DNA from: a virus
Direction: 5' to 3' (one strand)
IMG/VR virus record: IMGVR_UViG_3300046777_001715
Span: 42,257-106,256 of that record
Length of the DNA: 64,000 bases
Positions within the stretch are counted from its first letter, which is position 1; each line of letters starts with the position of its first letter. The notes beneath the pieces were generated by a model. It saw only the letters and a program-made list of their open reading frames with translations, ran no database searches and was not told the DNA's origin. Positions 56,559-64,000 of the stretch are shown here, piece by piece. Both the position numbers and the translations under genes were made by a program.

Positions 56559-56705
56559 ATGGACCAATATAAGGTAAAAATAGAAGCAGATCTAGAAATA
56601 GAGGCATTTTCTGCCGAAGATGCTGCAGACTATGTAAAAGATATTATTGGTACTGACCAAGAGGTAAAAGCAGTAAATATTAAAAAAATTACAAAAATTA
56701 ATTGA
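56559..56705 (+). CDS. Small hypothetical protein (48 aa, leaderless)
   Basis: MDQYKVKIEADLEIEAFSAEDA...; TATAAT 6 nt upstream of ATG. Confidence 0.6.
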   Translation: MDQYKVKIEADLEIEAFSAEDAADYVKDIIGTDQEVKAVNIKKITKIN

Positions 56706-56764
56706 AATTTGATTGACAAGGCCCCGTAGCAAACAGTATAATAGATACTACGGGGCTTTGCTAT

Positions 56765-56837
56765 TGGCTCATAGCTCAGTCGGCAGAGCGGGAAGCTGTT
56801 AACTTCTAGGTCCCTGGTTCGAGTCCAGGTGGGCCAG
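56765..56837 (+). tRNA. tRNA-Asn(GTT)
   Basis: Cloverleaf TGGCTCA/TGGGCCA, GGAAG-CTGTTAA-CTTCT, CCTGG-TTCGAGT-CCAGG; own TTGACA/TATAAT promoter. Confidence 0.92.
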
Positions 56838-56854
56838 CAAAAGAAAAGGAAAAT

Positions 56855-57085
56855 ATGAACATCAAGGAAAACAAAGTTAATCAATTTATTAAAAACTTTA
56901 AGACAGATTATCAAGAAGCTTTTTGGGATGGATATACTTTAATTGTTTGGAAGAAAGATGCAACAGGTTTTTCAAACAAAAGAGGAATGTTTAGAAACAA
57001 TACTTGGGGGCTGACCAACAGATTCCCTTTAACTAATGGCGGAGATTGGGATCTCCCTGACAGATATGTCAAATATATTAAGTAG
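56855..57085 (+). CDS. Hypothetical protein
   Basis: RBS AAAGGA; FWDGY...WG motifs. Confidence 0.65.
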   Translation: MNIKENKVNQFIKNFKTDYQEAFWDGYTLIVWKKDATGFSNKRGMFRNNTWGLTNRFPLTNGGDWDLPDRYVKYIK

Positions 57086-57377
57086 TCTAGGCGTAGACCC
57101 AGATGATTTTGAATGGTGGCATCTTGCGGCATGCAATGGGATGGACACAAACTTATTTTACGATAAGTATGAAGCAGATTTTAATATAGCAAAAAGTGTA
57201 GACGAATGTTGTTTAACATGTCCAGTAGCAAAAGATTGTTTAAGAGCTGGAATTGAAAACAATGAATACGGAGTATGGGGCGGGATATACTTAAACTCTG
57301 GTTCAACAGACAAAGCACGTAATATTCATAAAACAGAAGAAGTATGGAATAGGTTTAAGGTGAAGCATGGACATTAA
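57066..57377 (+). CDS. whiB: WhiB-family Fe-S transcription factor
   Basis: W..AAC...D..LF, C..CPV...CL, GVWGG. Confidence 0.9.
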   Translation: MSNILSSLGVDPDDFEWWHLAACNGMDTNLFYDKYEADFNIAKSVDECCLTCPVAKDCLRAGIENNEYGVWGGIYLNSGSTDKARNIHKTEEVWNRFKVKHGH

Positions 57378-57654
57378 TCAGTGGACAGGCGAATTAAATA
57401 AACCAGTTTTCTATACCAAAGAAATGGCTACAAAAGTAAGAGAACTTAAGCAACCAGTTCATGGACTACAAATGGACATAGTTAAGTTTCCAGAATTTTT
57501 GGCCATTAGGTTATATGAAGGAAATTTCATGCAGTATGGCGATTCTGAAAGAATGAGAATCATTGACTACATTGAAATGGTAAAACGTGTACTAGAATCC
57601 TACGGGGTTCGTGTTGAACTTGAGGGAGCAAAAGGTGAAAGAATATTACGATAA
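57367..57654 (+). CDS. Hypothetical protein
   Basis: Overlapping, coupled ORF. Confidence 0.65.
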   Translation: MDINQWTGELNKPVFYTKEMATKVRELKQPVHGLQMDIVKFPEFLAIRLYEGNFMQYGDSERMRIIDYIEMVKRVLESYGVRVELEGAKGERILR

Positions 57655-57829
57655 AGTTTGTATTGTATTTTTGCACGAAGATCAGGTATATGGGGACGTA
57701 GAGTCTCTTGGAACGTATGCGTCAGTGGTGAGATACACCAAGGACGGAATAGATTATGAAGAGCTTGTAGAGAATAGCGAATTTACTATAATGGATGAAT
57801 TCGTATTGTCACATGTAGAGGAAGAATAA
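57635..57829 (+). CDS. Hypothetical protein (SH3-like small beta fold)
   Basis: GGAG RBS before GTG 57635. Confidence 0.55.
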   Translation: MKEYYDKVCIVFLHEDQVYGDVESLGTYASVVRYTKDGIDYEELVENSEFTIMDEFVLSHVEEE

Positions 57830-58065
57830 TGGAAAAGATTTTATGTTACTCTTGCAGCAAAAGCAAGAATAAACTAAATACAAGAAAATCAGCGCTATTA
57901 ACAATTAATTTGTTAATGTGCGAGACATGTATTGTATCTAAGTTTGAGCCACGCTGGGTAGTTATTTTGGCTGGAAGACAATTTGGATCTGATCATGTTA
58001 AAGAATATATCATTAAAAAGAGATATATTGGTCAACCAATATTAGCAGATGAGTTGCTAGTTTAG
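57829..58065 (+). CDS. Zn-binding hypothetical protein
   Basis: CYSC...C.TC...FEPRW. Confidence 0.65.
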   Translation: MEKILCYSCSKSKNKLNTRKSALLTINLLMCETCIVSKFEPRWVVILAGRQFGSDHVKEYIIKKRYIGQPILADELLV

Positions 58066-58091
58066 CATACATTTGTTGGTATAATTAATAT

Positions 58092-58385
58092 ATGCCAATG
58101 ACAAGAGAACAAATGATATTAATGCTGCTTATGGCAGTATTAGGTGGCACTGGCGCAAGATTTATAGAGTTTCTTGGGAAAAGAAAATCTGAAAAATTGT
58201 ATCAAAATGAGATAGACCACAGCAAGGTTGAGCTCAGGCTTGAGCTGGAAAAGCTTAAAAATAAGCTGCTGGTCTCTGAAAATGAATTATTAGTTTGGCA
58301 GGCTAAATACTATGAAACCCTTGAGAAATTAGCCAAAGTTAACTATGAATTAAGCGAATTACTGTCTAAATTAAAAATACATTAA
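58092..58385 (+). CDS. N-terminal TM plus coiled-coil protein
   Basis: Leaderless; hydrophobic N-terminus; W..KYY coiled coil. Confidence 0.65.
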   Translation: MPMTREQMILMLLMAVLGGTGARFIEFLGKRKSEKLYQNEIDHSKVELRLELEKLKNKLLVSENELLVWQAKYYETLEKLAKVNYELSELLSKLKIH

Positions 58386-58426
58386 TTAGACTGGACATCG
58401 AATTTTAAATATTATAGAATGGTACT

Positions 58427-58663
58427 ATGATATCTGAGAAAAGACTTAAGTGGTATGGCCTTGGGCTGACCATAGTAACAAATATTTTCATTGTGTGGTT
58501 TATGTGGCACAGGTGGAAAACTGGGCAGGATCTTTTAATTCCGATCATCTTGCTACTGGTTCTTAAAATTAGAATCAATCAATACCTGCAAGAACAAAAG
58601 GTAGAGAACTTAATACAACTTCTTAATAAAGCAGCAAAGCCTAGATCAAGGAAGATTACATAA
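58427..58663 (+). CDS. Two-TM membrane protein
   Basis: Leaderless (TGGACA-17-TAGAAT); two hydrophobic segments. Confidence 0.6.
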   Translation: MISEKRLKWYGLGLTIVTNIFIVWFMWHRWKTGQDLLIPIILLLVLKIRINQYLQEQKVENLIQLLNKAAKPRSRKIT

Positions 58664-58666
58664 GAA

Positions 58667-59227
58667 ATGACATGCGTCGTTGGGTTGGTAAAGTCGGGTA
58701 AAATCTACATGGGCTCTGACTCATCGGCAGTTGATGTTGCAGGCGGACATATCTTTGCACAAAAAAATCCAAAAGTATTTATGGTTGGACAGTATGGAAT
58801 AGCTTTTACCGATTCTTTTAGAATGGGGCAAATTCTTCAATACGACTGGACGCCACCAAAATTTACTGGAAACTCTAGAACCCTAGACAAATTTATGAGA
58901 ACTAAATTTGTAGAATCTGTTAAAGAAGCATTTAAGTCTGGCGGATACGGAAATATTGGTAATCAGTCTGAAAATGAAGACAGTGGCGGAGTATTTTTAA
59001 TTGGGGTAAAAGGAACTGGAAGATTATTCTATATGGATGACGACTTTCAGATTGGAGAAAACATACTTCCTTATTATGCAGAAGGAATTGGAATGGATTT
59101 TGCCCTAGGATCTCTTTACTCTACTCAAACCATGAGGGACCCATTTAAGAGGCTTGAGATAGCCTTAGCAGCGGCATCACAATTCTCCATAGGAGTATGT
59201 CCACCATATCACTATATAGAGCTTTAA
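58667..59227 (+). CDS. HslV/proteasome-beta-like Ntn hydrolase
   Basis: M-T-C-V-V-G start, MG.DS, KVF, A.G.G..FALG.L. Confidence 0.75.
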   Translation: MTCVVGLVKSGKIYMGSDSSAVDVAGGHIFAQKNPKVFMVGQYGIAFTDSFRMGQILQYDWTPPKFTGNSRTLDKFMRTKFVESVKEAFKSGGYGNIGNQSENEDSGGVFLIGVKGTGRLFYMDDDFQIGENILPYYAEGIGMDFALGSLYSTQTMRDPFKRLEIALAAASQFSIGVCPPYHYIEL

Positions 59228-59266
59228 ACTATTGACAAACCCCTACTCATTTTATAGAATAGAGAC

Positions 59267-60196
59267 ATGAATAAAATAACCAAGGCTCTTGTAGCCATAC
59301 TAATTACAGCAAGTACTACAGCAGGATATACTGCAGTCACGGCTCATGCTGAGCCAACTAAAACATCAGTAGTTGTTATTGATACAGCAATTGATGCATC
59401 ACTTCCAATTTTTAAGGGAAGACTTGTACAAGAAGTTTGTGCAATGGAATGGAATCTTTGTCCAAATGGAACTGGTTTTCAGGAAGGCCCTGGATCAGCA
59501 TCAACAATTCCTTTTACAGCTTTAAGATCTTCTTCTTTTAATCATGGTACACAAATGGCTTCAATTGCGGTAAACGCAAATGCCAATGTCAGCATAATTT
59601 TTATTCGTATTGTTGGTTTAACTAAAGAAGGTTACCGTGCAAGCACAACAGAAGCTTCAGTGGTAAAAGCTTTAGACTGGGTAATTGCAAACAAAGATAA
59701 GTATGGAATTGCAGCAGTAGCGATGAGTCAAGGAAATCATGACCTTGCTACCTACAACATTCTGTGCCCAAAGAGTAATCTGATTAAATATATTGACACA
59801 TTAAAGTCTATTGATATTCCTTTAATGCTACCAGCAGGAAATGATGCGGATATTACAAGAGTTGATTATCCAGCATGCATTCCACAAGCAGTAACAATTG
59901 GTGCTGTTGATAAATTTAACAATATCAATACTTATAGCAATGGAACACCATTGCAAGTTGATTTCTATACACCAGGAACAGTAAAAGCAATTCTTCCAGG
60001 TGGAACACAAACAACCGTTGCTGGAACATCTGCATCTGTGCAAAGTGCAGCCGTGCATTGGGCAACAGTAAAAATGGTTAAGCCAAACTTAACTTATGAT
60101 CAAATTTATACACTCTTAAAGACCACATCTACATTAACAAGTAATGCTAAGGTAAAGAATGGATCTTTAATTAATATAGAAAAGGCGACAAAATAA
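59267..60196 (+). CDS. Exported subtilisin-like (S8) serine protease
   Basis: Signal peptide (..TAHA-EP); VIDT, HGT, AGN, GTS catalytic motifs; leaderless. Confidence 0.85.
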   Translation: MNKITKALVAILITASTTAGYTAVTAHAEPTKTSVVVIDTAIDASLPIFKGRLVQEVCAMEWNLCPNGTGFQEGPGSASTIPFTALRSSSFNHGTQMASIAVNANANVSIIFIRIVGLTKEGYRASTTEASVVKALDWVIANKDKYGIAAVAMSQGNHDLATYNILCPKSNLIKYIDTLKSIDIPLMLPAGNDADITRVDYPACIPQAVTIGAVDKFNNINTYSNGTPLQVDFYTPGTVKAILPGGTQTTVAGTSASVQSAAVHWATVKMVKPNLTYDQIYTLLKTTSTLTSNAKVKNGSLINIEKATK

Positions 60197-60450
60197 TGGA
60201 AAAAGATCCAATGATTGAAAAACAACAGTCAATGCTGGAAGGAATTGTGGCAGATATTGTTGTTGAGCTTTACCAAAAGTGGTTTAATCAAATGCCAGAA
60301 GAGCAACAGAAGGACGAGCAGGCAATTGCCGTACTGGGCGGTAACGCTTCAGAGGCAACATATTTTGTTGTCCAGCGCTTTATGGAAAAGTTTAACGCTG
60401 CAGCAGAGCAGGTTAAGCAGGAAGAAGAGCAGTCTAAGGATAATGCCTAA
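60196..60450 (+). CDS. Hypothetical helical protein
   Basis: TAATG-coupled. Confidence 0.6.
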   Translation: MEKDPMIEKQQSMLEGIVADIVVELYQKWFNQMPEEQQKDEQAIAVLGGNASEATYFVVQRFMEKFNAAAEQVKQEEEQSKDNA

Positions 60451-60625
60451 GATAGCACTTGTAAATTCAGCAATATATGATATCATTGAACCTGACAGTT
60501 CTTTTGAAACAGAGCTTGTAGACATCCCTCAACCTATACTTGATAGATATGACAGGGTAATGAAAGATTTCTGGGACATTCAAAACGAACTAGAACAATA
60601 TCAAAGAGCACAGGAGAATGACTAA
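60443..60625 (+). CDS. Hypothetical protein
   Basis: Likely start MPKIALV at 60443 with AAGGA. Confidence 0.5.
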   Translation: MPKIALVNSAIYDIIEPDSSFETELVDIPQPILDRYDRVMKDFWDIQNELEQYQRAQEND

Positions 60626-60928
60626 GTGATTGTTACTGACGCAAACTTTGATGTTGTTATTGCTGAAAACAAAATAGTTTTGGTAGATTTTTGGGCAGAA
60701 TGGTGTGGTCCTTGTAAAAAGGTTTCACCAATTCTAGATGAGATTTCTCAAGAAAAGAATCTGCTAGTGGCTAAGGTTAACATTGATGATAACCAAATTA
60801 AGCCAAAAGATTATGGTGTGGCTTCAATCCCAACTATGATCTTGTTTAAAGATGGACAACCAGTAACTACAATTATTGGTGCAAAACCGAAACATGTTCT
60901 GCTAAAAGAATTGGCAGAATACATTTAA
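60626..60928 (+). CDS. trxA: Thioredoxin
   Basis: LVDFWAEWCGPCK, SIPT, GAKPK. Confidence 0.93.
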   Translation: MIVTDANFDVVIAENKIVLVDFWAEWCGPCKKVSPILDEISQEKNLLVAKVNIDDNQIKPKDYGVASIPTMILFKDGQPVTTIIGAKPKHVLLKELAEYI

Positions 60929-60970
60929 AATTCTGTGCTCACAAAGAGGCAGATAAACTAAGGAGAAAGA

Positions 60971-61993
60971 ATGAACTCATTCAAGAAAGTATCGCTAATC
61001 ATCGCTGCAGCCCTGACTAGCACAATGCTTGTATCGCCAGCAGCTAAGGCTAACGCTGGAACTGTCACACTAACGGTGGCGGGATCTGCAGCAACAGGTG
61101 GAACAGTAGTAGGAACTCCTGTATCACTACCAGTGCCAGCAGACAACAGCATCGATGCAGCAGACGCATTGAAGATTGCTGTAACTTCTGTAGATACTGG
61201 AACAGTAGTAACAGCTGTTGCAACAAATGCAACAATTGTACCTGCTCTAGCAACATCAGCATCACCAGTAACCGCATCAAGCGGATCTTCAACGCTTTCC
61301 ATTTCAACAGGAACTGGAAACTCAGCAGACTTTTATGTATATACTAAAAGTACAGCAGTAGGAACAGTATCGATTACTCGTGCTGGGACTACAACAGTTT
61401 ACTATGTTCAGGGACAAGCAGGTGCCCTAAACTCAATCGCTTTGACTGCGCCAACATCTGGAGCAGCAGGCACAACAGCAACACTTAAGGTGACTGGATA
61501 CGATGTATTTGGAAACGCTAAGGGTGGAGCAACAATTAACACTCTAGTATCTTCAAATGGCGTTGCAACAGCAACAGCTCTTACAACAGATACAGCAACA
61601 GCAACACTTGGAACAAAGGAACAAACACTAACGCTTCCTGCTTTAGGTTCAGTTGTTGTTACAGCATACGCAACAGTTGCAACAGCAGTGACTGGTCTTT
61701 CAACACCAGTAGGTGCAGTAACTGCAACAATTACAGTTCGTGATCTTGCAGGAGAACTTGCAGCAAAGATTGCAGAACTTGCAGTAGCAAATGCAGCACT
61801 TGCAGCAGAAAAGGCTGGACGTGCAGCAGATAAGGCAGCTGCAGACTCAGCAGCAGCAAAGGCAACAGCCGATGCAGCAACAGCAAAGGCAGCAGCAGAC
61901 CTTGCTCGTGCAACATATGTTGCAGAGTACAATGCTTTGGCAAGAAAGTGGAACGCCAAGAATCCAAAGGCCAGGGTTGCACTAAAGAAGTAA
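60971..61993 (+). CDS. Exported Thr/Ala-rich Ig-like surface protein
   Basis: Signal peptide MNSFKKVSLIIAAAL...AKA; beta-rich body (D.FGN); helical Lys-rich C-terminus; strong RBS. Confidence 0.7.
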   Translation: MNSFKKVSLIIAAALTSTMLVSPAAKANAGTVTLTVAGSAATGGTVVGTPVSLPVPADNSIDAADALKIAVTSVDTGTVVTAVATNATIVPALATSASPVTASSGSSTLSISTGTGNSADFYVYTKSTAVGTVSITRAGTTTVYYVQGQAGALNSIALTAPTSGAAGTTATLKVTGYDVFGNAKGGATINTLVSSNGVATATALTTDTATATLGTKEQTLTLPALGSVVVTAYATVATAVTGLSTPVGAVTATITVRDLAGELAAKIAELAVANAALAAEKAGRAADKAAADSAAAKATADAATAKAAADLARATYVAEYNALARKWNAKNPKARVALKK

Positions 61994-62010
61994 TAAATAG
62001 TTAATTACTA

Positions 62011-62062
62011 TTGACAACAAGGCTGGGGATATTATATAATGATTATAGTATCCCCAGTTTTA
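62011..62062 (+). promoter_or_regulatory. Promoter embedded in an inverted repeat/terminator
   Basis: TTGACA (62011)...TATAAT (62035) flanked by GGCTGGGGATA/TATCCCCAGTT. Confidence 0.6.
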
Positions 62063-62083
62063 ACTATTAGAGAAAGAATTTAA

Positions 62084-63667
62084 ATGAATAAGGTAGATAA
62101 GGTAGTAATTTTAGGCGGAGGCTCTGCTGGTTGGATGACCGCAGCAACTTTAATTCACAATTTTCCAGAAAAAGAAATTGTTTTAGTGGAAAGCCCAGAT
62201 ACACCAAGAATCGGTGTTGGAGAAAGCACCTTAGCAGGACTACCTGCATGGCTTAGGTCAATTGATGTTGACTACAAAGATTTTATGAAGTACACAGATG
62301 CTTCTTTTAAACTCAGTATTAAGTTTACAGATTTCCACAAAGTTGGAGATGGAGGATTCCATTATCCGTTTGGACATCCTTTTCTAGGAAACACAACTCT
62401 TCCAAACGCTAATGACTGGCATATGCTAAAGCATTATGTCCCAGAAACAACAACACAAAGTTATGTAGAAGCACTATTTCCACAGTCTGTATTACTAGAA
62501 ACAAACAAGATCATGAACCCTAAAAAGCGTGAGCTTGAAGACTTCACCCTAGAAAGAGATTTTGCACTACATTTTGATGCAATTAAGTTTGCAGACTGGC
62601 TGGCTGACAAATATTCAAAGCCAAGAGGTGTAAAGCACGTAATTGGACACGTTGAAAACGTTGTCACAAATGAAGACGGTGTTGAAAAACTTGTACTGAA
62701 AGATGGTCAAGAAATATTGGCAGACTTATTCATTGACTGCACAGGGTTTAAGAGCATGCTTCTCGGTGGAGCAATGCAAGAAGAGTTTATCTCTTGTGCT
62801 GACAAGCTCCCAGTTAATAGAACTTGGGCTGTTCAAATCCCGTATGTTGATGCAGAGAATGAAATCCAAAACTTTACAGAATCAACCGCATTAGGTTATG
62901 GCTGGGTATGGAATGCTCCACTTTATTCAAGAATTGGAACTGGTTACGTATACTCTGATAGATTTACAACACCAGAAGAAGCTCTAGAAGAATTTAAGGT
63001 ATATCTAAGAAAAAGATTTGGCGAAGAAAGAATTAATGATTCTCTTAAGTTTAATGATATTAGATTTAAGTCTGGAACATATCGCAGAACTTGGGTAAAG
63101 AATGTTATTGGAATTGGTTTGTCAGCCACATTCCTTGAGCCACTAGAAAGCAACGGGCTATTCTTTATTCACGAGTCAGCAAATACGCTTGTAAAGTTTT
63201 TGCGTAGAGGCTATGTAAATGGAATTGACATTGATTTCTATAATGCTACAGTAAGAAAGCATTTTGACTTCTTTTCATCTTTCTTGGAATACCACTATGT
63301 TCTATCTCAAAGACGAGACACTTCTTTCTGGAAGTATATGACAGAAAGACCAATTGAGCCTTACTTAGCAGAACTTCCAGTGGGAGGACTTTATCAAGAA
63401 GAGCAACAAATGAAAACAACTCAACAGTCTTATCCAGTTGTTTTAACAAGCGGATTCCATTGTATTGCAGTTGGGCACGAGTACTATCCAGTAGATCCAA
63501 TTTCAATTAGCTATTGGCAGTACCATTATGATACAGACTATAAAAAGGTTGCTGGTGACTTTTATATTAAGACAGAAAAGTCTCAAAAGAACTGGCTGAA
63601 GGCTGTAGAAAATGCACCAACACATTATCAATATCTGAAAGAAAACTTTCATAAGGAAGGAATGTAA
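62084..63667 (+). CDS. Flavin-dependent (tryptophan-halogenase-family) halogenase
   Basis: GGGSAG, IGVGEST, catalytic Lys in A.FKLSI.F, DCTGF, GWVWNAP, FLEPLESNG. Confidence 0.88.
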   Translation: MNKVDKVVILGGGSAGWMTAATLIHNFPEKEIVLVESPDTPRIGVGESTLAGLPAWLRSIDVDYKDFMKYTDASFKLSIKFTDFHKVGDGGFHYPFGHPFLGNTTLPNANDWHMLKHYVPETTTQSYVEALFPQSVLLETNKIMNPKKRELEDFTLERDFALHFDAIKFADWLADKYSKPRGVKHVIGHVENVVTNEDGVEKLVLKDGQEILADLFIDCTGFKSMLLGGAMQEEFISCADKLPVNRTWAVQIPYVDAENEIQNFTESTALGYGWVWNAPLYSRIGTGYVYSDRFTTPEEALEEFKVYLRKRFGEERINDSLKFNDIRFKSGTYRRTWVKNVIGIGLSATFLEPLESNGLFFIHESANTLVKFLRRGYVNGIDIDFYNATVRKHFDFFSSFLEYHYVLSQRRDTSFWKYMTERPIEPYLAELPVGGLYQEEQQMKTTQQSYPVVLTSGFHCIAVGHEYYPVDPISISYWQYHYDTDYKKVAGDFYIKTEKSQKNWLKAVENAPTHYQYLKENFHKEGM

Positions 63668-63963
63668 TGAAATTTAGAACACAATGGATAGAGGCTTTAA
63701 AGACAATGAGATACAAGTCTTATTGGAATAGGCCAAACACAGTAGAGTTTTTTGCATTTATGACTAAGATTGCAATTATTTTCCCAGGACTATTGCTTGG
63801 CAAGCAGTTTTGGTGGTTGTTTATTTTTGCATTTATTTCAAGCTTAGCTTTGATTTGGTCATCTACAGTAAAAACATTGCCAACTATTATTTGGTTTAAC
63901 ATTCTGTGGACAATCCTTGCAGCACTATCAATTGCTAAACATTTTGGATTAATCCTACAGTGA
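63667..63963 (+). CDS. Small multi-TM membrane protein
   Basis: TAATG-coupled; about three hydrophobic segments. Confidence 0.65.
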   Translation: MKFRTQWIEALKTMRYKSYWNRPNTVEFFAFMTKIAIIFPGLLLGKQFWWLFIFAFISSLALIWSSTVKTLPTIIWFNILWTILAALSIAKHFGLILQ

Positions 63964-64000
63964 CATTGGACATGCGTGGAATACCAACAGCGGCTTGCCC

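Noticed and set aside
1-64000. Stop-codon recoding or a lysogeny module
   Set aside because: Genes are intact under code 11 with all three stops in use; no integrase or repressor cassette in this window

Overview
A 64-kb segment of a large, AT-rich, long-tailed (siphovirus-type) dsDNA phage. Essentially all real genes are on the + strand and use the standard code. A WhiB gene, PASTA domains and many leaderless mRNAs point to an actinobacterial host, plausibly low-GC freshwater Actinobacteria (inference). Gene order: tail-fibre/lectin-like genes (1-5.5 kb); head module with portal, protease plus nested scaffold and major capsid; neck and tail module with major tail protein, -1 frameshifted chaperones, a 2096-aa tape measure, tail-tip and FN3 fibres (to 33.5 kb); replication/recombination block (DnaB, DnaG, SSB, DnaE, MazG-like, RecA, Cas4-like, resolvases); displaced terminase genes; then an accessory region with 3 tRNAs, CHAP endolysin, Hsp20, 2OG-Fe(II) oxygenase, thermonuclease, WhiB, HslV-like and S8 proteases, thioredoxin, exported proteins and a flavin-dependent halogenase. 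Best candidates for undescribed biology: (1) a three-gene exported PA14-lectin/helical-stalk module with two small membrane partners; (2) a ROSE-like RNA thermometer on the phage hsp20; (3) a self-contained ~89-nt sRNA gene and a pseudoknot RNA; (4) motif-delimited cargo segments inside the tape measure; (5) a PASTA-domain virion protein; (6) a palindromic TAGTYRACTA site at head and packaging promoters. No integrase, CRISPR array, intein, intron or reverse transcriptase was seen. All calls are by eye, without database searches.
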